NCBI GenBank assembly: GCA_038248345.1 | Contig: JBBRXO010000013.1 | Location: forward strand, 1-40,019 | Origin: Armatimonadota bacterium | GTDB taxonomy: Bacteria; Armatimonadota; Hebobacteria; CAIYQO01 | Direction of reading: 5' to 3' | DNA length: 40,019 nucleotides | Shown here: positions 29,143 through 38,739 of the stretch, piece by piece | How the letters are laid out: each line of letters starts with the position of its first letter | Position numbering within the stretch: position 1 is the first letter of the stretch | Notes under the pieces: generated by a model | Database searches by the model: none | What the model was told of the DNA's origin: nothing | Seen by the model: the letters and a program-made list of their open reading frames with translations, nothing else | Made by a program: the position numbers and the translations under genes

Positions 29143-30891
29143 TTATTTCAGCAGCGCTATCATTGGCTGGTAGCCTTTTTTGATGGCTTCAGAGCGGGGG
29201 GTGGCACCAGTTTTGTCTTTGATGCTGGGGTCGGCTTTGGCGGCTAGTAGGGCCTCGATTATTTCCAGATTGAGCGGGTGACGTACCACGGCGGGGATGA
29301 CGGCGGGATAGTTGATGTCGCTGAGGATAGCCTCTAGCAACGGAGTGACGCCGTTCTTATCCTGGGCGTTAACATCTAGTTTTTGCTCGGAGAGGTAGGT
29401 GACCATCTCAGCTTTGCCCCAATGGGCGGCGGTGTGCAGGGCGGTGCGTCCATCGTTACGGAACAATTTAGCGTCTGCCCCTTTATCAATAAGTAGCTTC
29501 GCTACGGCGACGACTCCGCTTTGCGCAGCGGCATCCAGCGGTGTGCGGGCATGGTTGCCGGCGGCAGGGGCATCGATAGCAGCGCGATTATCCAACAGGA
29601 TACTGGCCGCCGCTAAATTGCCATAGATGGCGGCGGCGTGCAGCGGCGTCCAACCGATTTTATCGGCAATTTTTACATCCGCCCCCCGCTCTAATAAGAA
29701 TTTCGTCATCTCAATTGAATTCTGTTCGGCGGCTATGCGTAATGCGGTGCGTCCATCGGCCAGTGGTGTATTTACATCAATTTTCTGTGCCAACCAGTAA
29801 TCCACCAACGCTGTACTGTTGAAATATACTGCTGTATGGAGGGGAGTCCAGCCATTGGTATCACGTTCCAGCTCCGGCTTGGTTTCATCATGTAATAAGG
29901 TGGCGATGTCGGCGGTATGGGCGTAGAAGATCGGCGTCCAGCCCAGCGAGTCGCGTACCGAGCGATCCGCGCCTTTATCCAGTAACATCTTTACCAACTC
30001 GAGCGAAGAATAATGGGCGGCATCATGCAGGGGTGTGTGGCCGTCGGTGGTACGGGACTTTAGCGACGCACCTTTATCAAGTAACAACTGGACGACGGCT
30101 AGTTTATCAGCAGTGACAGCAAGGTGAAGCGGTGTTCGCTTGAGGTCGTCACTTACCTGCACAGTAGCGCCGCGCAGCAACAGCGTGGAAATGATGTCCA
30201 GGTAGCCGCCCGCCACGGCCAGATGCAAGGGGGTGGCCCCGTCTGCCGTCTTCCCATTCACCAAAGCGCCTGCATCTAGCAATGCAGGCACCAGCGCGCC
30301 GCGATTGTTAAACACCGCCACATGCAAAGGGGTGAGGCCATCGTCATCTGCGATAGTAATATCGGCCTTCTTCGCCAGTAAGGCGGTGACTAGCGGCATC
30401 AAGCCATTACGTGCCGCCAACCAGAGTGGAGTCTGTCCCGGATTATTACGGGTGTTGATATTGGCACCGGAGCTGCGCAACAACAGCGCTTCGGGCAATT
30501 GCCCCTGATCAATCGACAGGGAGAGCGGTGTCCAGCCACCCTCGTCGCGGATATTCACATCAGCCTTCCCTTTGAGCAATGCTGCAGTAACCTCTACAAG
30601 GCCATCGAAGGCGGCGAAATGGAGCGGTGTCTGGCCGCGATTATCCTGTGCGTTAACGTCAGCTTTGTTAGCCAATAAGAAGGAAACCAGCTCTGTATTG
30701 CCGGAAGTTGTCGCCCTATGCAACGCGGTAGCTCCGGTACGATCGCGCATAGAGATAACCGCTGCATCCGCCGCCACTTGCGCCTGTACAGCCGGAAAAT
30801 TCCCCTGCGCCGCCAGGTCATGGATCTCGGCGGCGGAGGTGAGTATCGAAAAGGTGAGGAGAAGTGTTATAGTTATATACAGTTTTTGCAT
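29143..30891 (-). CDS. secreted ankyrin repeat protein
   Basis: Signal peptide plus about 15 G.TPLH.AA repeats. Confidence 0.92.
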   Translation of the reverse strand: MQKLYITITLLLTFSILTSAAEIHDLAAQGNFPAVQAQVAADAAVISMRDRTGATALHRATTSGNTELVSFLLANKADVNAQDNRGQTPLHFAAFDGLVEVTAALLKGKADVNIRDEGGWTPLSLSIDQGQLPEALLLRSSGANINTRNNPGQTPLWLAARNGLMPLVTALLAKKADITIADDDGLTPLHVAVFNNRGALVPALLDAGALVNGKTADGATPLHLAVAGGYLDIISTLLLRGATVQVSDDLKRTPLHLAVTADKLAVVQLLLDKGASLKSRTTDGHTPLHDAAHYSSLELVKMLLDKGADRSVRDSLGWTPIFYAHTADIATLLHDETKPELERDTNGWTPLHTAVYFNSTALVDYWLAQKIDVNTPLADGRTALRIAAEQNSIEMTKFLLERGADVKIADKIGWTPLHAAAIYGNLAAASILLDNRAAIDAPAAGNHARTPLDAAAQSGVVAVAKLLIDKGADAKLFRNDGRTALHTAAHWGKAEMVTYLSEQKLDVNAQDKNGVTPLLEAILSDINYPAVIPAVVRHPLNLEIIEALLAAKADPSIKDKTGATPRSEAIKKGYQPMIALLK

Positions 30892-31119
30892 AGTATCCTC
30901 CAATAAGTTGAATCTGGGACTAAAGTCCCGGCTGCGTGGCGCTGCGCGCCAGTCGTCCGTTTGCGCGGACTCTTTTCACCCGATAGTAATTCGCTTAGGC
31001 GGACGTTACCTAACGTTTTCTCACCACCCCCTAAAGAAGGTGTCTATCAAATCAAGCACCCTGAAGGGCACTATCATTACATTCATAACACCGAAATACC
31101 ACATTTCAGATGTAGTGAG

Positions 31120-31135
31120 CCTACAGACCTACAGA
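31120..31135. repeat. octamer repeat (CCTACAGA)x2
   Basis: Directly after the holB stop; reverse complement of the array at 32272-32323. Confidence 0.7.
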
Positions 31136-31136
31136 T

Positions 31137-32252
31137 CTATAATGGCAGTATGTTCATCCACATGCTCTCCAGCGCTAAGTCTATATTAACATTACGTTCG
31201 ATTAGGCGTTTTGTCTTCAAAATTGTTTGCAGACCTTGGCGAAGCTCGGTGGTGGTGTGGCGGCCGGCGTTGTGTTTGAGGTCGGCAGTGAAGTCGAGAT
31301 TGATGATCATATCCCCCTGCCCCATCTCTACCAGCAGCATGTCGCGCCACCAGGAGGCGGTGATGTCCAGTAATTCGGGGAGATTGCGACGAACCTGCCG
31401 GTCGGCGGTAGTGCGGGCCTTGGCGTCATCAGTGGTGGTATCTGCAGATAAATCAACCCCGGTGGCTAACGTGTGCAACATCTCTGCTGCGCGGAGGGCA
31501 GAGCGGCGACCCAGGGCGTAATACTTGCCCACGCCCTCAAGTAGCGAGTGGCGCGTGTGCAATGCTTCAGGGTTGGTACCCACGGAGAGTGCCCACCCCA
31601 CCCTTCCGGCGGCCATGCCAGCAATGGCGATGATTTGCTCCTCGCTGATGTCTCCATGGATACGCAACGCTTGCTCAACCACTTCGCGCGGGGCCAGTTG
31701 CAGTCGTACCGGGCGACAGCGCGAGACGAGTGTTGGCAAGACGGCACTGGGACGTGAGCTGATGAGGATCATAACCACATATGAAGGTGGCTCTTCCAGC
31801 GTCAGCAACAAAGCATTGCCCGCGTCCTCCTGTAGCCCGGGCCGGTTAGCGGGGTCGATGATATATACTTTGAAGCGTCCTTCCATCGGGCGCAGTTGCG
31901 CATCCTCTCGCAATGGCAATGGGTGAGAGGGACTCTCCCCTACCTTGGTGCGGATAGCATCAATAGGGATAACCGTCTTCCCTCCGCAAGTCTCGGGGGT
32001 AAGCAGGCGTACATCGGGATGCTGCCCCAACTCGATCATACGGCAGGAGCGACAATGACCACAGAAATCGCCAGTATATTGCGCTTCTTCGTCGGTACAG
32101 TTGAGCGCACGTGCGTAGGCCAAGGCCAGTGTGCGCTTGCCGATGCCCTCTGGCCCAGCAAACAGATACGCATGACCCACTTGATTATCCAATATTGAAC
32201 GCTGCAACCAGGTGACCGTCATCTCCTGGCCGTATATATCTTTGAAAGGCAT
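31137..32252 (-). CDS. holB: DNA polymerase III delta' subunit
   Basis: HAYLFAGPEGIGK, C..CGHCRSC, HPDV, NALLLTLEEPP and TLVSRC motifs. Confidence 0.92.
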   Translation of the reverse strand: MPFKDIYGQEMTVTWLQRSILDNQVGHAYLFAGPEGIGKRTLALAYARALNCTDEEAQYTGDFCGHCRSCRMIELGQHPDVRLLTPETCGGKTVIPIDAIRTKVGESPSHPLPLREDAQLRPMEGRFKVYIIDPANRPGLQEDAGNALLLTLEEPPSYVVMILISSRPSAVLPTLVSRCRPVRLQLAPREVVEQALRIHGDISEEQIIAIAGMAAGRVGWALSVGTNPEALHTRHSLLEGVGKYYALGRRSALRAAEMLHTLATGVDLSADTTTDDAKARTTADRQVRRNLPELLDITASWWRDMLLVEMGQGDMIINLDFTADLKHNAGRHTTTELRQGLQTILKTKRLIERNVNIDLALESMWMNILPL

Positions 32253-32271
32253 GGTTAGATTATACCGCAAA

Positions 32272-32323
32272 GTAGGTCTGTAGGTCTGTAGGTCTGTAGG
32301 TGTGTAGGTGTGTAGGTGTGTAG
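32272..32323. repeat. octamer tandem repeat (GTAGGTCT)x3 (GTAGGTGT)x3 GTAG
   Basis: Read directly from the sequence. Confidence 0.95.
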
Positions 32324-32374
32324 CTTTTCTCCCCGATACAAATACCGGGGAGAAAAACTACAGAGGTTGGCACG

Positions 32375-32412
32375 AAAAAACTCCGGCATATTGATTAATA
32401 CGCCGGAGTTTT
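32375..32412 (-). terminator. intrinsic terminator of the 1370-aa gene
   Basis: AAAACTCCGGC...GCCGGAGTTTT. Confidence 0.8.
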
Positions 32413-32428
32413 ACAGTTTGCTGCTGTC

Positions 32429-35400
32429 TTATTTTACTTTGAATTCACCCCAGCTGCCAGGATAAATCCAAGCTTCCAATGGTTCATCATTAACCAGGTT
32501 GGTCGCTTGATTTGACCAGTAGGTACGGGCAGTGTCGATCAGTCCGTTGGGATCAGATGAGATGAAGCCCGCGTCACCATAAATAGTGGTGCCGGGTTTA
32601 AGCGTCAATCCCAGTTTTGCCAACGGTAACGATGCTTCCACAATATACTTATTGCCGTTAGTTTTAACAGCGATGTTGGCATCGTCAAGTATAGCGACAC
32701 GGTCGAAGTGCTTGGTCCAGCCAGTAGTGTAGTTCTTGCCAAACTCTTTAGGTGCCGCGGGGTCAACTGGCATCATCAGCACAGCTACTGGTTTCCCCTG
32801 TAATTGTGAGATCACGATGCGCATATCGCCATGGCGCGGTTCAGTTTGGGGCTTGGTATCGGCAACATTACTCAATTGCAGGTCTACTGCGTCGCCGGAT
32901 TTGAATAACCGACCAAAATCTTTCCCGGTATTCAACCATGGATTCGGGTCGGACACTTCAAAGAGCGCATAGAGATTAGTATCGTCGTAAGTAAGTTTTA
33001 CGCTGCCTTTATCAGGTTGACCTTCCCGGGCAATGGAAATTGCATTAACAGCCTTCCATTCTGCAGGATTAGCATCAATGGCAGGAGCTTTGTCAGTGCG
33101 AACTAGATCGTAAATTTTCGCAGCTGTCTGTACTTTTGCTCGCTCATTATTGTCGGCATCTGCCTGGACAATATCCTGGAGTGTCACTTTTATGGTATCG
33201 GCATTAAAGCGCTGAATTGATTCCAGCCCCTTAATCTGCAGGATCATAGCAGCTTCACGTGCCATACCGGTGGTTAGCCTGACTTTGCCATCAGTTTGCT
33301 TGCCGAACCAGCCATTGAAGGGCTCGCCACCTTCACTGAAGGTGTCCATCGGAACACCCTTAAGCTGGGATTCTTTGTCGGGTAATGAATCACCCGGTAA
33401 TCGGCCATCCTGGAATAGCGACCCAACGAACAAGCCATCGCTGGTGAGGAAGAAATCCTGACCAAGGTTGCCGCGGAGCGCGAAGACTGTACCGATGTCC
33501 TCGCTAATCTTTGCTGTACCCATAGTTTTCAATGGGCCGATCAGCAGGCCTGGACTGGGCATTGTTGCTCTATGCGAGCCATGTACACCCGGATAGGGAT
33601 TAGCGTAGTACCAGTCAATCATACCTGTTCTGGTATTGACCCCCGTTAGTTTTGTCGGGCCAGCGTAGCCATCCATGCTCAATACTATTAAGCGATCTTC
33701 GCCAGGAACGGGTACGATATCGCCGTTATCCTTAACTCCGACCGGATATCGGCCCTCCAAGCTATAAATCGGCGCTCCATCTTCAGTGAAAGTGATCGGT
33801 TTGTAGCGCATCAGACCATCGGTGTAGATACTCAAATCATCACCCATTCGTCCGCCCCAGCCGTTGTTTATGCCAATACCAGGCTGACCGCTGCGCTGAT
33901 CAGTGCCTTGCTGTTTAGTCAGGATAATCTGACATTCGTTACGCTGTACTTTACCGTCTTTATTGGTGTCATTCCAGATGACGCCATCATAGGTATTAAG
34001 GCCAGCAAATTCACCGGAGGGCGCGTTCTTCACGGAGCCGTTATAGTTAATACCACCAGAAATGTATCCGACAATAGTAATGGCGGACACTGGTTGCCAG
34101 TTACCATTACGCTCCATAAAGAGTACGCTGCCATTAGAGCGTGATTCATGATCGAACATGTATTCATGCGCTTTGCCGCTGGCAGAGCTGGTGAATCGGC
34201 TCGGAATCTCATTAGATGCAGTGTCAATGGTGAAGTTCTCACCCTTTGTTTCGTCCGGAACCCATAATATTTTAGTTACTTTCCAATTGCCTGCATGGTC
34301 AATTTTCATCTCAATCGGGCCGGTATAAGCAAGGTCAGGATTCTGGTCATGCAGGTAAGAATCTGCACCAGAGTATCCGGTATTGCCGATATAATCGCGA
34401 ACTAACTTGCCGTCTTTGCCCCATACTGAGACCCGGCGAGGGTAGTTCCAATTCTCAACAACCCAGACATTCCCCTTGCTGTCTACGGCTACCGAGCTCA
34501 TTTGAAGCATGGCCTGCTCATCAAAATCGCCACGAATAGGACGACCACCTTTTTTACCGCAGGTATAGACGAGTTTACCATCCTGGCTATAGGCTTTTGC
34601 CTGGCAATCAGCACCATTGTCGATGATGACAATATTGCCATCATTATCAACAGAAATTGCGCCGCCATTCCCTAAGCCTGGGGTGGCAATGACAGTGAGA
34701 GCGCCGGTGTCGAGGTTGACCTGATTGAGCTTGCCACCTATACGTGCGGTCATATTCAGTGGCTGACCGTTTACCATACCAGCAAGTGGATTTAGCTGGC
34801 CGCCGCTCATAACAAATAACTTTCCATCTTTACTGAACGCTACCTGTCCTATGGCATCGATATCAAATTGCTTGATAACGGCCGCCGAGAGTGCGTCCAG
34901 TATTACTAACTTGCCGCTATCCAGAGAAAGCACTAACTTGTTGCCATTGACGGCCATCCCCTTGACGGCACCCGGTTTTGCGATGCCAGTGATCTCTGTT
35001 ATAGGTAGATCGAAGATACGTGGTTTGCCATCCAAAACAAACGGCTGTAATGAACCATCTTTAAAGCCAAAACGGCAAATGGTGTCATTTACATACCAAC
35101 CAGTGACATTGGCATATACATAGTTGGCATCTGCGGCTATCATCGTTACTCCACGACGATCTCCCCAACGTTTCTTTCCAGTTGGATCAATAGCGACGAT
35201 ACCACTGCCACCTTCGGCAAATGGCCAGGTAACGACAGTCCAGTCGCCGCCGGCGGCAACATTGTTCGGTGCAGCATGATCGCCACCCCAGGCTCCGCTA
35301 CCATCTTTGATTGCCCATTGCGGGGTGCCAGGGTTATAGAAACACATCTCGTATTCTGCGCTGATGCCCTTTTGCGTTAAGCCGCGCACACGATAGTCTC

Positions 35401-36541
35401 CTGCCGGCACTAGCTTACCTTTATCGTCTAATCCATCCCATTTAACTTCAACTGTGCGCATGTTTGCAGCCGCTAAAGTCGTCATTATTGACGCGTTCTG
35501 ATTCCATTTAAGTTCAACTGTGCGAGTTTTTGCATCATCTTTGCCATTTACAGCATAGTCTAAGGGGTCACAATCGCCAGCGAGGTTGCGAATACGATTC
35601 CCCTGTTGGTCTTCGATAACTATTGTAAAGCGGGAAGCGTCCTTGGGGATTACAGCTTGCACGGGAATCGTTCCGGCAATGCGCGAGCCATCGCTGACAT
35701 ATTGGCGAACTGGAACATTGCCGGCTGCAGCCAGGGTGGCATCACCCCAGATATTACGTGCTGTCCAGAAGAACTCGCGCTCGGTTTTACCGGGTTGCAT
35801 ATTATCAGCATAGCGGTGAACTGGCCAGGTCTTGCCAGTGGGGTCACTCCATAAGAATTCACTCCCCATATGGAATGACTCGCCTGCTTTTATAGCTGGG
35901 ACTGTTTTGTAGAGCAATTTCCAGGGGATTTTCATCTCCTGGACAAATCCTTTGCCATCTGCGTCGGCCTTATAGCACATTTCAGCGCCTTCGCCTAGCT
36001 CAATGCCACCTGGTTTTGCGACTAATAGTTTAACGGTGGTGCCGTCATTCAAATTTTCCTTGTTTTTCCAATAATTAAGATGCAGTACTGGCTGTTCCTT
36101 TGTGGTAAAGTACCATGTAGTGAGCCATACTGTGCTATCGGAATTTGCCAGGCGAATCTGCCAGGCATCCTCTTTCCAACCCTCATCAGGATTAAATCCC
36201 GGGTCGATCAGGCTGAACATGGGGGTTGGGTCTTTCCATTTTGCCGCCAGGTACAGATTATCATTGTCCCACATGGCGGACTCTTCCACTGAATAGCGGC
36301 TACGGACCAAACTATCAGCGAATACCCAGATTCGTCCCGATAGGTCCCAGTCCTTCAAGTCACCATCGATGGTAACTTCGCCCGGAGCAGGAAGCACCTG
36401 AATGCCCTCATTTTGACTTTGTCTGCCGATCATATTCTCGGCGGCAAAGACAGGTAGAATGCTGATGGCCAGCAAGACCAGCAGCGTCAACAAACGGGGT
36501 ACAACTGTATCTTGCTGACATTTGAAGCGATGAGTCTTCAT
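32429..36541 (-). CDS. large secreted protein with CBM9-like, FlgD-Ig-like and beta-propeller regions
   Basis: Signal peptide; IDGDLKDW..WDNDNLY; IRNL..V.WDGLDDKGKLVPAGDY; NHL-like VAVDSKGNVWV; second CBM9-like region at the C-terminus. Confidence 0.7.
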   Translation of the reverse strand: MKTHRFKCQQDTVVPRLLTLLVLLAISILPVFAAENMIGRQSQNEGIQVLPAPGEVTIDGDLKDWDLSGRIWVFADSLVRSRYSVEESAMWDNDNLYLAAKWKDPTPMFSLIDPGFNPDEGWKEDAWQIRLANSDSTVWLTTWYFTTKEQPVLHLNYWKNKENLNDGTTVKLLVAKPGGIELGEGAEMCYKADADGKGFVQEMKIPWKLLYKTVPAIKAGESFHMGSEFLWSDPTGKTWPVHRYADNMQPGKTEREFFWTARNIWGDATLAAAGNVPVRQYVSDGSRIAGTIPVQAVIPKDASRFTIVIEDQQGNRIRNLAGDCDPLDYAVNGKDDAKTRTVELKWNQNASIMTTLAAANMRTVEVKWDGLDDKGKLVPAGDYRVRGLTQKGISAEYEMCFYNPGTPQWAIKDGSGAWGGDHAAPNNVAAGGDWTVVTWPFAEGGSGIVAIDPTGKKRWGDRRGVTMIAADANYVYANVTGWYVNDTICRFGFKDGSLQPFVLDGKPRIFDLPITEITGIAKPGAVKGMAVNGNKLVLSLDSGKLVILDALSAAVIKQFDIDAIGQVAFSKDGKLFVMSGGQLNPLAGMVNGQPLNMTARIGGKLNQVNLDTGALTVIATPGLGNGGAISVDNDGNIVIIDNGADCQAKAYSQDGKLVYTCGKKGGRPIRGDFDEQAMLQMSSVAVDSKGNVWVVENWNYPRRVSVWGKDGKLVRDYIGNTGYSGADSYLHDQNPDLAYTGPIEMKIDHAGNWKVTKILWVPDETKGENFTIDTASNEIPSRFTSSASGKAHEYMFDHESRSNGSVLFMERNGNWQPVSAITIVGYISGGINYNGSVKNAPSGEFAGLNTYDGVIWNDTNKDGKVQRNECQIILTKQQGTDQRSGQPGIGINNGWGGRMGDDLSIYTDGLMRYKPITFTEDGAPIYSLEGRYPVGVKDNGDIVPVPGEDRLIVLSMDGYAGPTKLTGVNTRTGMIDWYYANPYPGVHGSHRATMPSPGLLIGPLKTMGTAKISEDIGTVFALRGNLGQDFFLTSDGLFVGSLFQDGRLPGDSLPDKESQLKGVPMDTFSEGGEPFNGWFGKQTDGKVRLTTGMAREAAMILQIKGLESIQRFNADTIKVTLQDIVQADADNNERAKVQTAAKIYDLVRTDKAPAIDANPAEWKAVNAISIAREGQPDKGSVKLTYDDTNLYALFEVSDPNPWLNTGKDFGRLFKSGDAVDLQLSNVADTKPQTEPRHGDMRIVISQLQGKPVAVLMMPVDPAAPKEFGKNYTTGWTKHFDRVAILDDANIAVKTNGNKYIVEASLPLAKLGLTLKPGTTIYGDAGFISSDPNGLIDTARTYWSNQATNLVNDEPLEAWIYPGSWGEFKVK

Positions 36542-36653
36542 ACCTTTTCTCCTAATGCATGGTTATTCCATGCAAAAAACGAATACCTGCGCAGAATCAT
36601 ATCGAAACTTACTTCGTAATAGACATCAACCTGCTGATAATGGTCGGCATTTT

Positions 36654-37694
36654 CTAGATGAGTGTGGCCATAATATCGGCAATACTCACTTTTGCTCCAC
36701 ATTCAATCTCATCTGAAGAGCCGTAATACAAGTAAAGTGTACCATCCCCATTATCTACCAGACCGCTGTGAAAAATCACATTAGGCAAAAAGCCGGTAGT
36801 TTCATATTCTGCCTCGGGGAATAAGAATGGCTGTTCACTGCGTGCAATAACTTTCCATGGCTCATTCAAGTCAAGCAAAACCGCTCCGGTACAATAGCGG
36901 GTATTTTCATCTGATGCATGGTAGAGTTCCAGCCAACCTTGCGGAGTGCGGATGGGCGCAGCGCCACAACCGATGCGTTCGCTATCCCACATCCCGGGAC
37001 GAGGGCCCATGATGTGCTGATGATGTCCCCAATCAAGCAGATTATCCGAGGAGGCAAGCCACATGGATGGCATCCCCAGTTGCTTCATTGATGGACGATG
37101 GAAAGCGTAATAGCGGCCATTTATCTTTTCTGGGAAGATGGCAATATCCTTATTATCTGGCGCAAAGATAATGCCCAGGCGTTCAATATTAACGAAGTCT
37201 TTAGTTCGTGCCAGCGAGGTCATCACGCCCAACAACGATATCGCACTATAGTTGATGTAGTACCAGCCATCGATGAAGGTTACCCGTGGGTCTTCAATAC
37301 CATAGGTTTCATACTTGTTTTCCGGGAGCATCGTCGGCTGTGTCGCCACGGTAAAATTACGTCCGTCTACGCTTTCCGCCATACGGATATGGCTGATGCT
37401 GGTTAAGTATAAGGTACCCTTATAGATAAACAAGCGTGGATCGTCCATATTTAGCTCTGGATCATCTAACTTGATGTAGAGCGGTTCGATAGTTTTCGAC
37501 TCGGCATTCATCGTGGCGGTGGCTACGTAGCCTTCACGCGGTACCGGTCGCTCGGCGACACGAACCAGCAGTATCACTTTACCATTATAGGTCGTGGCAC
37601 CCGCATTGAAGGCACACATTACCTCAAAATCTGGACGTGAGGGTACCACCATTTGAGGTGTAATTACGGGGTTGTTAGCAAAACGCTCGATCAT
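36654..37694 (-). CDS. glycoside hydrolase family 130 (mannoside phosphorylase-like)
   Basis: NPVITP, AFNAGA, GIEDPRV, NKDIAIFPEKING.Y..FHRP and NVIF motifs. Confidence 0.9.
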   Translation of the reverse strand: MIERFANNPVITPQMVVPSRPDFEVMCAFNAGATTYNGKVILLVRVAERPVPREGYVATATMNAESKTIEPLYIKLDDPELNMDDPRLFIYKGTLYLTSISHIRMAESVDGRNFTVATQPTMLPENKYETYGIEDPRVTFIDGWYYINYSAISLLGVMTSLARTKDFVNIERLGIIFAPDNKDIAIFPEKINGRYYAFHRPSMKQLGMPSMWLASSDNLLDWGHHQHIMGPRPGMWDSERIGCGAAPIRTPQGWLELYHASDENTRYCTGAVLLDLNEPWKVIARSEQPFLFPEAEYETTGFLPNVIFHSGLVDNGDGTLYLYYGSSDEIECGAKVSIADIMATLI

Positions 37695-37775
37695 GATTCA
37701 AATCTCCTGATATCCCAGAAAAATAGTTTATTACCGCCCAAGCTGATATCCATGCGTAAAGGCGCATATGTTGTA

Positions 37776-37805
37776 ATAGTATGCTAGCGCTAGTGCTCAT
37801 GTCAA
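37776..37805 (-). promoter_or_regulatory. promoter of GH130 with an internal palindrome
   Basis: TTGACA-18-TACTAT; CTAGCGCTAG in the spacer. Confidence 0.55.
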
Positions 37806-37912
37806 TAGGATTTTAACCAAATTTTAACCTTAATTGAAAACAAAACATTTACAGACAACACACCTTCTGCTTACAAAAAGGACTCCCCTACCCCGACAAC
37901 GAATTTAGTTAC

Positions 37913-38686
37913 ATGCCGGTTTTACACATATTGCATACTAACGATTTTCATAATACCCTCAACGCAGAGAAAGCTTCCTTCATTAAGGGGTTAAAAGCGC
38001 ACTTCGCCCCTTATGTGCTCTTACTCGATGCGGGGGACGCGGTGAGCGCGGGGAACCTGACGGCGAAGAAGCATGAGCCGGTGTTCGCGCTGATGACGGG
38101 GGCGAACTACGACGCGATGGCGATGGGGAACCGCGAGAGCCACCCGACTATCGGCGCGCTGGTGAAGAAGCTGAAGGATGCGAAGGTGCCGGTACTGGCG
38201 GCGAACCTGCACCCCAACAAAAAGATGCACCCGCCGCGCATCGTGCAGGAATACCTGGACTTCGACTTCGGGGAAGAGGAAGAGGATGAAGAGTGCGACG
38301 AGGAGGGATTCGCCGTCTCGGTCTTCGGGCTGGCGCCGCAGATCACCGCGCCGGACTCCTTCTGGGCGAAGATGACCGACTTCGTCTTTGATGACCCGCT
38401 GAAGACTGGGCCGGGGCTGGCTCCTAAACTGCATTTAAATACCGAACTGGTCATCGCGCTCACGCACATCGGCTATGAGCGTGATGTGCAACTGGCGCAG
38501 TGCAAGGACATAGACATCATCATCGGCGGGCACAGCCACCGTGAGGTCTGCCCACCGGAGCAGCACGGCCACGCGTGGGTGGCGGCCACCGGGAGCCACG
38601 GCAAGCACATCGGGCACCTGACGGTCACATTTATGCCTGGTGAGGGTGTCACCGAGATAACCGGGGAACTGATACCGTTGCCGTGA
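37913..38686 (+). CDS. calcineurin-like metallophosphoesterase (5'-nucleotidase N-terminal domain only)
   Basis: HTNDFH, LDAGD, GNRE, LTHIG and GGHSH motifs. Confidence 0.85.
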   Translation: MPVLHILHTNDFHNTLNAEKASFIKGLKAHFAPYVLLLDAGDAVSAGNLTAKKHEPVFALMTGANYDAMAMGNRESHPTIGALVKKLKDAKVPVLAANLHPNKKMHPPRIVQEYLDFDFGEEEEDEECDEEGFAVSVFGLAPQITAPDSFWAKMTDFVFDDPLKTGPGLAPKLHLNTELVIALTHIGYERDVQLAQCKDIDIIIGGHSHREVCPPEQHGHAWVAATGSHGKHIGHLTVTFMPGEGVTEITGELIPLP

Positions 38687-38691
38687 GGTAA

Positions 38692-38717
38692 AACGTTCAA
38701 TGTTCAATGTTCAATGT
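38692..38717. repeat. heptamer repeat AAC(GTTCAAT)x3 GT
   Basis: Read directly; reverse complement of the array at 39756-39813. Confidence 0.85.
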
Positions 38718-38739
38718 GAGACGGGGGGCGGGTGAGAAA

